A DNA stretch of 64,000 nucleotides from Eledone cirrhosa (Eukaryota), in contig OZ024742.1 in NCBI GenBank assembly GCA_964016885.1, positions 202,182,001 through 202,246,000 of the forward strand, given 5' to 3'. Below the pieces are notes generated by a model. It ran no database searches. It worked only from the letters and a program-made list of their open reading frames with translations, and was not told the DNA's origin. The position numbers and the translations under genes are program-made. Positions 1-11,300 of the stretch are shown here, piece by piece (position 1 is the stretch's first letter; each line of letters begins with the position of its first letter).

Positions 1-1925
1 ACACAGTCTACCTATGACCACACTTAACACAGTCTACCTATGACCACACTTCACACCGTCTACCTAAGACCACACTTCACACAGTGTTCCTATGACTACA
101 CTTCACACAGTGTTGCTATGACTACACTTCACACAGTCTACCTATTACCACACTTCACACAGTCTACCTATCACCACACTTCACACAGTCTACCTATGAC
201 CACACTTCACACGGTCTACCTATCACCACACTTCACACAGTCTACCTATCACCACACTTCACACAGTCTACCTATCATCACACTTCACACAGTCTACCTA
301 TCACCACACTTCACACAGTTTACCTATGACCACACTTCACACAGTGTACCTATGACCACACTTCACACAGTCTACCTATGACCACACTTCACACAGTGTA
401 CCTATGACCACACTTCACACAGTCTACCTAAGACCACACTTCACACAGTGTTCCTATGACTACACTTCACACAGTGTTCCTATGACTACACTTCACACAG
501 TCTACCTATCACCACACTTCACACAGTCTACCTATCACCACACTTCACACAGTCTACCTATGACCACACTTCACACAGTCTACCTATGACCACACTTCAC
601 ACAGTCTACCTATGACCACACTTCACACAGTCTACCTATCACCACACTTCACACAGTGTACCTATCACCACACTTCACACAGTGTACCTATGACCACACT
701 TCACACAGTCTACCTATGACCACACTTCACACAGTGTACCTATGACCACACTTCACACAGTCTACCTAAGACCACACTTCACACAGTGTTCCTATGACTA
801 CACTTTACACAGTGTTCCTATGACTACACTTCACACAGTCTACCTATCACCACACTTCACACAGTCTACCTATCACCACACTTCACGCAGTCTACCTATG
901 ACCACACTTCACACAGTCTGCCTATGACCACACTTCACACAGTCTACCTATGACTACACTTCATACAGTCTACCTATCACCACACTTCACACAGTCTACC
1001 TATCACCACACTTCACACAGTCTACCTATCACCACACTTCACACAGTCTATCTATCATCACACTTCACACAGTCTACCTATGACCACACTTCACACAGTT
1101 TACCTATGACCACACTTCACACAGTGTACCTATGACCACACTTCACACAGTCTACCTATGACCACACTTCACACAGTGTACCTATGACCACACTTCACAC
1201 AGTCTACCTAAGACCACACTTCACACAGTGTTCCTATGACTACACTTCACACAGTGTACCTAAGACCACACATCACACAGTGTACCTATGACCACACTTC
1301 ACACAGTGTACCCAAGACCACACTTCACATAGTGTACCTAAGACCACACTTTACACAGTCTACCTATGACCACACTTAACACAGTCTACCTATGACCACA
1401 CTTCACACAGTCTAGCTATGACCACACTTCACACAGTCTACCTATGACCACACTTCACACAGTGTACCTATGACTACACTTCACACAGTCTACCTATGAC
1501 CACACTTCACACAGTGTACCTAAGACCACACTTCACACAGTCTACCTATGACCACACTTAACACAGTCTACCTATGACCACACTTCACACCGTCTACCTA
1601 AGACCACACTTCACACAGTGTTCCTATGACTACACTTCACACAGTGTTCCTATGACTACACTTCACACAGTCTACCTATCACCACACTTCACACAGTCTA
1701 CCTATCACCACACTTCACACAGTCTACCTATGACCACACTTCACACAGTCTACCTATCACCACACTTCACACAGTCTACCTATCACCACACTTCACACAG
1801 TCTACCTATCACCACACTTCACACAGTCTACCTATCATCACACTTCACACAGTCTACCTATCACCACACTTCACACAGTCTACCTATCACCACACTTCAC
1901 ACAGTGTACCTATGACCACACTTCA
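1..1925. repeat. 26-bp tandem repeat (minisatellite/satellite), ~74 copies, truncated by window start
   Basis: Consensus ACACAGTCTACCTATGACCACACTTC repeats in register with few substitutions (GTCTAC/GTGTAC/GTGTTC, TATG/TATC/TAAG). ORF offsets are multiples of 26 (364, 338, 1534). Confidence 0.97.
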
Positions 1926-2930
1926 CGATGTATTACAACTATATTTCCTAGTGTACATAGTACCACATTTTACAACGTACTTAAGACTACATTCAACACT
2001 ATACCTAAGAGAGTATTTAAGACCACATATCTGAATTTACCTCAGATAACATTCCACGGTGTACTTAGGACAACATTTCACACTGTATATAAAGACACCT
2101 TACACAGTGTACGAGGACCATATTCCACACAGTGTACATCCAACAGCTTTTCACAATGTAATAAAGTTCATGTTTCAGTGTACTTAGTACTGCATTTTAG
2201 AGAGTATATGGCTACATTTTACACAGTGAACCAAGTACCACATTTTATATAGTGTACCTAGTACCAAATTTCTGACAATATACGTGGGACGTTTTATACA
2301 GTGTACATAAGAACCATTGCACAATGTTCACAAGAGACATTTGACAGTGTATTTTATGACAACATTTCACAAAATGTACCTAGGAGCAGATTTCCCTGTA
2401 AAGCTAGGACTACATTGCACACAGTGTATCTCAGAACACTTTTCACGGTGCACTTAGTTCTCCTTTGAACATTCTAACTAAAATCACATTTCACACGATA
2501 CGGACCGAGTACCATCATCTCACCGAGTGCATCTATATCCACATTTTACAGTGTATTTAGTGTCACATTTTAGAGTGTATCTCAGACCACATTACGTGGT
2601 GTACTTTATTATACCACATTCTACAGCATAAACTAGATAATATTTCACAGTGTACCAAAATCCACAGTGTACCTAGGAATACATTTCCCAGTGGATCTAG
2701 TATCACATGTCACAGTGTACATTAGACCACATTTAACAGTTTACTTAAGACCATATTTCAAAGAGTATTAGGTATCACCTTTCACTATACACAAACGACA
2801 ATGTTCCACATAATGTACATATGAGCAGATGTTACAGTGAAAACTAGGACCACGTTTCTCAGCGTACATTTCAAAGCATATATAGTGCCACATTTCATAT
2901 TTTATCTGGCACCACAATTCACAATGTATC
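1926..2930. repeat. Degenerate ~24-26-bp repeat related to the 26-bp array
   Basis: Recurrent CAGTGTAC...ACCACATTT-like words, e.g. starts at 2549, 2573, 2597 (24-bp spacing) and 2224, 2250 (26-bp spacing). Approximate consensus CAGTGTACCTAGGACCACATTTCA. Confidence 0.8.
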
Positions 2931-3062
2931 TACTATAATTCTTTTATTATAGCTTCTGGTTGACCAATGCATTTTTCGTAGAACTTTATAGATTGAAATT
3001 GCCTGCCATACAAATATAAGCGAATATATATATAAGCCTGCCATATATATATATATATATAT

Positions 3063-3346
3063 GCAAAAGTTTTATTTAAAATTGTTGGGTTACAACAAGT
3101 AAATATTTTATAACTGATATAAAGCACTCCACAAGTTTTTGGAGTAGATAAGAGATATTAAACAACAAGCCAGCCTCCTACCTTAATGGTCACTATATTT
3201 ATGGTACGTCAAAATTATTTATAAAACTGGTTATATATTGTATTTTATCTGAAGAAGGCATGCCATATTTTTAATATGGTATCCCTGAAATATGTATAAT
3301 GAAATAAATATGGTTTTATAAATATAGTTTCCATTTGTTTAATATC

Positions 3347-3347
<1 letters not shown>
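3063..3347 (+). mobile_element. Probable Penelope-like element pseudo-LTR remnant / HHR-containing short element between (TA)n tracts
   Basis: ~285-bp unique segment bounded by (TA)n at ~3044-3062 and 3348 onward. Contains HHR-A and AATAAA at 3303-3308. PLE identity is inferred from the known HHR-pLTR association; no RT or GIY-YIG ORF is visible. Confidence 0.5.
3216..3324 (+). ncRNA. Type I hammerhead ribozyme motif (HHR-A)
   Basis: Core CUGAAGA 3249-3255. Stem II 3256-3269/3273-3286 (one C.C mismatch, one G.U). GAAA 3287-3290. Self-complementary stem III AUAUGUAU 3290-3297. Cleavage triplet AUA, cut after 3298. Stem I 3241-3248/3299-3306, extendable by 3235-3239/3307-3311 and 3216-3228/3312-3324. 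Confidence 0.8.
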
Positions 3348-3674
<327 letters not shown>

Positions 3675-3746
3675 AAGATAAAGAGATGAAATCGAAAATG
3701 CAACTGAAGTCTTATTTTTTTTTTAAATATATATATTTATTTGGTT

Positions 3747-3784
3747 CCTTTACCGGTTTCGCAGTTCTTCTGCTTTTCAAAAGG
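3747..3784 (-). ncRNA. Mirror copy of HHR-B on the minus strand (left arm of palindrome)
   Basis: Exact reverse complement of 3855-3892; reads leftwards towards the long (TA)n tract. Confidence 0.75.
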
Positions 3785-3854
3785 TGAGTTGAGATGGAGG
3801 GTCTGTGGTTTTTCTCACATCTGAGAAAAACCACAGACCCTCCATCTCAACTCA

Positions 3855-3892
3855 CCTTTTGAAAAGCAGAAGAACTGCGAAACCGGTAAAGG
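3855..3892 (+). ncRNA. Minimal type I hammerhead ribozyme, C3U/G8A variant core (HHR-B, right arm)
   Basis: Stem I CCUU 3855-3858/AAGG 3889-3892. Core UUGAAAA 3859-3865. Stem II GCAG-AAGAA-CUGC 3866-3878. GAAA 3879-3882. Palindromic stem III ACCGGU 3882-3887. Triplet GUA, cut after 3888. AATAAA at 3898-3903 followed by short (TA)n. Confidence 0.75.
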
Positions 3893-4147
3893 AACCAAAT
3901 AAATATATATATTTAAAAAAAAAATAAGACTTCAGTTGCATTTTCGATTTCATCTCTTTTTCTTTATACATTCACTCGTGTAGGACACCTCGGTTATTTT
4001 TCATTTTGTATAAAAAACCTCACTTTCTAATATATATGTGTAATAAAAAAGAAATATTGTATTCAGCCATGTAGAGCGAAATTTTCTTTTTTATTTGAAT
4101 TTGACAAACCCGGCCAGTTATCGCTCGTATACAGGAAACTGAGACTG

Positions 4148-4246
4148 GCCAGTCTGCTGATATGCAAATCTGGCTGATCAGTGGGTCTGCTAATATGCAG
4201 ATCTGACTGATCAGCCAGTCTGCTGACATGCGAATCAGCCTGAACA
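4148..4246. repeat. 3 x 33-bp imperfect tandem repeat
   Basis: GCCAGTCTGCTGATATGCAAATCTGGCTGATCA / GTGGGTCTGCTAATATGCAGATCTGACTGATCA / GCCAGTCTGCTGACATGCGAATCAGCCTGAACA at 4148, 4181 and 4214. Confidence 0.9.
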
Positions 4247-4303
4247 GTCACAGTGTATTTTTGAAAATAGCATATATTTTCACTAGCTATGACAGTTTGG
4301 CAG

Positions 4304-4369
4304 GTGAACAGTGAGCTGTACTGACGAAGGGTGATACCCAGAAACATTAGTGTCTGCAGTTCTGTTCGC
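4304..4369 (+). ncRNA. Type I hammerhead ribozyme motif (HHR-C)
   Basis: Stem I GAGCUGUA 4313-4320/UGCAGUUC 4355-4362, plus GUGAACA 4304-4310/UGUUCGC 4363-4369 after a 2-nt bulge. Core CUGACGA 4321-4327. Stem II GGGU-GAU-ACCC with an A.A mismatch at the closing position (4328/4340). GAAA 4341-4344. Stem III ACA-UUAG-UGU. Canonical GUC triplet, cut after 4354. Confidence 0.82.
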
Positions 4370-4460
4370 ATTCCAACATAACAGCAAGAATGGCTATAAA
4401 ATTGAGGCTTGTTTGCATAATTGCAAACGAATCGAATGTTATTACTAATATTCAAAAAAC

Positions 4461-4475
4461 TATATATATATATAT
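4461..4475. repeat. Short (TA)n tract at the satellite junction
   Basis: TATATATATATATAT runs directly into the first 21-bp unit. Confidence 0.9.
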
Positions 4476-5378
4476 TGTTGATGTTGGTGTTGTTAATGTT
4501 GATGTTGGTGTTGTTAATGTTGATGTTGGTGTTGTTATTGTTGATGTTGGTGTTGTTATTGTTGATGTTGGTGTTGTTATTGTTGATGTTGGTGTTGTTA
4601 ATGTTGATGTTGGTGTTGTTAATGTTGATGTTGGTGTTGGTGTTGTTGATGTTGGTGTTGTTAATGTTGATGTTGGTGTTGTTAATGTTGATGTTGGTGT
4701 TGTTGATGTTGATGTTGGTGTTGTTATTGTTGATGTTGGTGTTGTTATTGTTGGTGTTGGTGTTGTTATTGTTGATGTTGGTGTTGTTAATGTTGATGTT
4801 GGTGTTGTTAATGTTGATGTTGATGTTAGTGTTGTTAATGTTGATGTTGATGTTGGTGTTGTTAATGTTGGTGTTGTTATTGTTGATGTTGATGTTGTTA
4901 TTGTTGATGTTGGTGTTGTTAATGTTGATGTTGGTGTTGGTGTTGTTGATGTTGGTGTTGTTAATGTTGATGTTGGTGTTGGTGTTGTTGATGTTGTTGT
5001 TGTTATTGTTGATGTTGGTGTTATTAATGTTGATGTTGGTGTTGGTGTTGTTGATGTTGTTGTTGTTATTGTTGATGTTGGTGTTATTAATGTTGATGTT
5101 GGTGTTGTTGATGTTGATGTTGGTGTTGTTATTGTTGATGTTGATGTTGTTATTGTTGATGTTGGTGTTGTTAATGTTGATGTTGGTGTTGGTGTTGTTG
5201 ATGTTGTTGTTGTTAATGTTGATGTTGGTGTTGTTAATGTTGATGTTGGTGTTGTTAATGTTGATGTTGGTGTTGGTGTTGTTGATGTTGGTGTTGTTAA
5301 TGTTGATGTTGGTGTTGTTAATGTTGATGTTGGTGTTGTTATTGTTGATGTTGGTGTTGTTATTGTTGATGTTGGTGT

Positions 5379-8300
5379 TGTTGGTGTTGTTAATGTTGAT
5401 GTTGGTGTTGTTAATGTTGATGTTGGTGTTGTTAATGTTGGTGTTGATGTTGGTGTTGTTGGTGTTGGTGTTGTTAATGTTGATGTGGGTGTTGTTAATG
5501 TTGATGTTGGTGTTGTTATTGTTGATGTTGGTGTTGTTATTGTTGATGTTGGAGTTGTTAATGTTGATGTTGGTGTTGTTATTGTTGATGTTGGTGTTGT
5601 TATTGTTGATGTTGGTGTTGTCATTGTTGATGTTGTTGTTGTTATTGTTGATGTTGGTGTTGTTATTGTTGATGTTGGTGTTGTCATTGTTGATGTTGTT
5701 GTTGTTATTGTTGATGTTGGTGTTGTTATTGTTGATGTTGGTGTTGTTAATGTTGATGTTGGTGTTGTTAATGTTGATGTTGGTGTTGTTATTCTTGATG
5801 TTCGTGTTGTTAATGTTGGTGTTGGTGTTGTTATTGTTGATGTTGGTGTTGTTATTGTTGATGTTGGTGTTGTTATTGTTTGTGTTGGTGTTGTTAATGT
5901 TGATGTTGTTGTTGTTAATGTTGATGTTGTTGTTGTTAATGTTGGAGTTGGTGTTGTTAATGTTGATGTTGGTGTTGTTATTGTTGATGTTGGTGTTGTT
6001 ATTGTTGATGTTGTTGTTGTTAATGTTGATGTTGTTGTTGTTAATGTTGGAGTTGGTGTTGTTAATGTTGGAGTTGGTGTTGTTAATGTTGATGTTGTTG
6101 TTGTTAATGTTGATGTTGTTGTTGTTAATGTTGGAGTTGGTGTTGTTAATGTTGATGTTGTTGTTGTTAATGTTGATGTTGTTGTTGTTAATGTTGATGT
6201 TGGTGTTGTTAATGTTGATGTTGGTGTTGTTAATGTTGATGTTGGTGTTGTTATTGTTGATGTTGGAGTTGTTAATGTTGATGTTGGTGTTGTTATTCTT
6301 GATGTTGGTGTTGTTATTGTTGATGTTGGTGTTGTCATTGTTGATGTTGTTGTTGTTATTGTTGATGTTGGTGTTGTTATTGTTGATGTTGGTGTTGTCA
6401 TTGTTGATGTTGTTGTTGTTATTGTTGATGTTGGTGTTGTTATTGTTGATGTTGGTGTTGTTAATGTTGATGTTGGTGTTGTTATTGTTGATGTTGGTGT
6501 TGTTAATGTTGATGTTGGTGTTGTTAATGTTGATGTTGGTGTTGTTATTCTTGATGTTGGTGTTGTTATTGTTGATGTTGGTGTTGTTATTGTTGATGTT
6601 GGTGTTGTTATTGTTGATGTTGGTGTTGTTATTCTTGATGTTCGTGTTGTTAATGTTGGTGTTGGTGTTGTTATTGTTGATGTTGATGTTGTTATTGTTG
6701 ATGTTGGTGTTGTTATTGTTGGTGTTGGTGTTGTTAATGTTGATGTTGTTGTTGTTAATGTTGATGTTGTTGTTGTTAATGTTGGAGTTGGTGTTGTTAA
6801 TGTTGATGTTGGTGTTGTTATTGTTGATGTTGGTGTTGTTATTGTTGATGTTGTTGTTGTTAATGTTGATGTTGTTGTTGTTAATGTTGGAGTTGGTGTT
6901 GTTAATGTTGGAGTTGGTGTTGTTAATGTTGATGTTGTTGTTGTTAATGTTGATGTTGTTGTTGTTAATGTTGGAGTTGGTGTTGTTAATGTTGATGTTG
7001 TTGTTGTTAATGTTGATGTTGTTGTTGTTAATGTTGATGTTGGTGTTGTTATTGTTGATGTTGGTGTTATTAATGTTGATGTTGGTGTTGTTATTGTTGA
7101 TGTTGGTGTTGTTAATGTTGATGTTGGTGTTGTTATTGTTGATGTTGGTGTTGTTAATGTTGATGTTGGTGTTGTTAATGTTGATGTTGGTGTTGTTATT
7201 GTTGATGTTGGTGTTGTTATTGTTGATGTTGGTGTTGTTATTGTTGATGTTGGTGTTGTTATTGTTGATGTTGGTGTTGTTATTGTTGATGTTGGTGTTG
7301 GTGTTGTTGATGTTGGTGTTGTTATTGTTGATGTTGGTGTTGTTAACGTTGATGTTGTTGTTGTTAATGTTGGTGTTGGTGTTGTTATTGTTGATGTTGG
7401 TGTTGTTATTGTTGATGTAGGTGTTGTTAATGTTGATGTTGGTGTTGTTAATGTTGATGTTGGTGTTGCTAATGTTGATGTTGGTGTTGTTATTGTTGAT
7501 GTTGGTGTTGTTAATGTTGATGTTGGTGTTGTTATTGTTGATGTTGGTGTTGTTAATGTTGATGTTGGTGTTGTTAATGTTGATGTTGGTGTTGTTATTG
7601 TTGATGTTGCTGTTGTTAATGTTGATGTTGGTGTTGTTATTCTTGATGTTGGTGTTGTTATTGTTGATGTTGGTGTTGTTATTGTTGATGTTGGTGTTGT
7701 TATTGTTGATGTTGGTGTTGTTATTGTTGGTGTTGGTGTTGTTAATGTTGATGTTGTTGTTGTTAATGTTGATGTTGTTGTTGTTAATGTTGGAGTTGGT
7801 GTTGTTAATGTTGATGTTGTTGTTGTTAATGTTGATGTTGGTGTTGTTAATGTTGATGTTGGTGTTGTTAATGTTGATGTAGGTGTTGTTATTGTTGATG
7901 TTGGTGTTGGTGTTGTTGATGTTGGTGTTGTTATTGTTGGTGTTGGTGTTGTTAATGTTGATGTTTGTGTTGTTATTGTTGATGTTGGTGTTATTGATGT
8001 TGTTGATGGTGTTGTTAATGTTGATGTTGGTGTTGTTAATGTTGATGTTGGTGTTGTTAATGTTGATGTTGGTGTCGTTAATGTTGATGTTGGTGTTGTT
8101 ATTGTTGATGTTGGTGTTGTTAATGTTGATGTTGGTGTTGTTATTGTTGATGTTGGTGTTGTTGATGTTGGTGTTGGTGTTGTTAATGTTGATGTTGGTG
8201 TTGTTATTGTTGATGTTGGTGTTGTTAATGTTGATGTTGGTGTTGTTATTGTTGATGTTGGTGTTGTTAATGTTGATGTTGGTGTTGTTATTGTTGATGT

Positions 8301-11300
8301 AGGTGTTGTTAATGTTGATGTTGGTGTTGTTGATGTTGGTGTTGGTGTTGTTAATGTTGATGTTGTTGTTGTTAATGTTGATGTTGGTGTTGTTATTGTT
8401 GATGTTGGTATTGTCATTGTTGATGTTGGTGTTGTTAATGTTGATGTTGGTGTTGTTGATGTTGGTGTTGTTAATGTTGATGTAGGTGTTGTTAATGTTG
8501 ATGTTGGTGTTGTTATTGTTGATGTTGGTGTTGTTATTGTTGATGTTAGTGTTGTTATTGTTGATGTTGGTGTTGTTATTGTTGATGTTGGTGTTGTCAT
8601 TGTTGATGTTGTTGTTGTTATTGTTGATGTTGGTGTTGTTATTGTTGATGTTGGTGTTGTTAATGTTGATGTTGATGTTGTTATTGTTGATGTTGGTGTT
8701 GTTAATGTTGATGTTGGTGTTGTTAATGTTGATGTTGGTGTTGTTCTTCTTGATGTTGGTGTTGTTATTGTTGATGTTGGTGTTGTTATTGTTGATGTTG
8801 GTGTTGTTATTGTTGATGTTGGTGTTGTTATTCTTGATGTTCGTGTTGTTAATGTTGGTGTTGGTGTTGTTATTGTTGATGTTGGTGTTGTTATTGTTGA
8901 TGTTGGTGTTGTTAATGTTGATGTTGTTGTTGTTAATGTTGATGTTGTTGTTGTTAATGTTGGAGTTGGTGTTGTTAATGTTGATGTTGTTGTTGTTAAT
9001 GTTGATGTTGTTGTTGTTAATGTTGATGTTGGTGTTGTTATTGTTGATGTTGGTGTTGTTAATGTTGATGTAGGTGTTGTTATTGTTGATGTTGGTGTTG
9101 TTATTGTTGATGTTGGTGTTGTTATTGTTGGTGTTGGTGTTGTTAATGTTGATGTTTGTGTTGTTATTGTTGATGTTGGTGTTGTTGATGTTGGTGTTGG
9201 TGTTGTTAATGTTGATGTTGGTGTTGTTAATGTTGATGTTGGTGTTGTTAATGTTGATGTTGTTGTTGTTAATGTTGATGTTGTTGTTGTTAATGTTGGT
9301 GTTGGTGTTGTTAATGTTGATGTTGTTGTCGTTAATGTTGATGTTGTTTTTGTTAATGTTGATGTTGGTGTTGTTAATGTTGATGTAGGTGTTGTTATTG
9401 TTGATGATGGTGTTGTTATTGTTGATGTTGGTGTTGTTATTTTTGGTGTTGGTGTTGTTGATGTTGTTTAATGTGTTGTTAATGTTGATGTTGGTGTTGT
9501 TAATGTTGATGTTGGTGTTGTTAATGTTGATGTTGGTGTTGTTAATGTTGATGTTGGTGTTGTTATTGTTGATGTTGGTGTTGTTGATGTTGTTGATGGT
9601 GTTGTTAATGTTGATGTTGGTGTTGTTAATGTTGATGTTGGTGTTGTTAATGTTGATGTTGGTGTTGTTAATGTTGATGTTGGTGTTGTTATTGTTGATG
9701 TTGGTGTTGTTGATGTTGGTGTTGATGTTGTTAATGTTGATGTTGGTGTTGTTATTGTTGATGTTGGTGTTGTTAATGTTGGTGTTGTTAATGTTGAAGT
9801 TGGTGTTATTAATGTTGATGTTGTTGTTGTTAATGTTGATGTTGGTGTTGTTATTGTTGATGTTGGTGTTGTTAATGTTGATGTTGGTGTTGTTAATGTT
9901 GATGTTGGTGTTGTTAATGTTGATGTTGGTGTTGTTAATGTTGGTGTTGATGTTGGTGTTGTTGGTGTTGGTGTTGTTAATGTTGATGTGGGTGTTGTTA
10001 ATGTTGATGTTGGTGTTGTTATTGTTGATGTTGGTGTTGTTATTGTTGATGTTGGAGTTGTTAATGTTGATGTTGGTGTTGTTATTGTTGATGTTGGTGT
10101 TGTTATTGTTGATGTTGGTGTTGTCATTGTTGATGTTGTTGTTGTTATTGTTGATGTTGGTGTTGTTATTGTTGATGTTGGTGTTGTCATTGTTGATGTT
10201 GTTGTTGTTATTGTTGATGTTGGTGTTGTTATTGTTGATGTTGGTGTTGTTAATGTTGATGTTGGTGTTGTTAATGTTGATGTTGGTGTTGTTATTCTTG
10301 ATGTTCGTGTTGTTAATGTTGGTGTTGGTGTTGTTATTGTTGATGTTGGTGTTGTTATTGTTGATGTTGGTGTTGTTATTGTTTGTGTTGGTGTTGTTAA
10401 TGTTGATGTTGTTGTTGTTAATGTTGATGTTGTTGTTGTTAATGTTGGAGTTGGTGTTGTTAATGTTGATGTTGGTGTTGTTATTGTTGATGTTGGTGTT
10501 GTTATTGTTGATGTTGTTGTTGTTAATGTTGATGTTGTTGTTGTTAATGTTGGAGTTGGTGTTGTTAATGTTGGAGTTGGTGTTGTTAATGTTGATGTTG
10601 TTGTTGTTAATGTTGATGTTGTTGTTGTTAATGTTGGAGTTGGTGTTGTTAATGTTGATGTTGTTGTTGTTAATGTTGATGTTGTTGTTGTTAATGTTGA
10701 TGTTGGTGTTGTTAATGTTGATGTTGGTGTTGTTAATGTTGATGTTGGTGTTGTTATTGTTGATGTTGGAGTTGTTAATGTTGATGTTGGTGTTGTTATT
10801 CTTGATGTTGGTGTTGTTATTGTTGATGTTGGTGTTGTCATTGTTGATGTTGTTGTTGTTATTGTTGATGTTGGTGTTGTTATTGTTGATGTTGGTGTTG
10901 TCATTGTTGATGTTGTTGTTGTTATTGTTGATGTTGGTGTTGTTATTGTTGATGTTGGTGTTGTTAATGTTGATGTTGGTGTTGTTATTGTTGATGTTGG
11001 TGTTGTTAATGTTGATGTTGGTGTTGTTAATGTTGATGTTGGTGTTGTTATTCTTGATGTTGGTGTTGTTATTGTTGATGTTGGTGTTGTTATTGTTGAT
11101 GTTGGTGTTGTTATTGTTGATGTTGGTGTTGTTATTCTTGATGTTCGTGTTGTTAATGTTGGTGTTGGTGTTGTTATTGTTGATGTTGATGTTGTTATTG
11201 TTGATGTTGGTGTTGTTATTGTTGGTGTTGGTGTTGTTAATGTTGATGTTGTTGTTGTTAATGTTGATGTTGTTGTTGTTAATGTTGGAGTTGGTGTTGT

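Noticed and set aside
1-1925. 26-bp repeats as a CRISPR array, or His/Thr-rich ORFs
   Set aside because: Units are directly adjacent with no unique spacers and no cas genes. 26 is not a multiple of 3, so the ORFs cycle through frames.
3001-3045. GCCTGCCATA direct repeat at 3001 and 3036
   Set aside because: Short local duplication beside a TA tract with nothing identifiable between the copies.
3126-3147. ACTCCA/TGGAGT hairpin as a Helitron 3' end
   Set aside because: Only 6 bp, with no properly spaced CTRR terminus.
3745-3789. Apparent 19-nt micro-exon (TTTCGCAG acceptor, AAG/GTGAGT donor)
   Set aside because: Largely explained as the antisense of HHR-B, and there is no gene context; it cannot be excluded without RNA data.
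4063-4475. ~135-aa non-repetitive minus-strand tail of the 4178-aa ORF
   Set aside because: No recognisable motif. It is antisense to HHR-C and the 33-bp repeats, and it crosses a TA tract.
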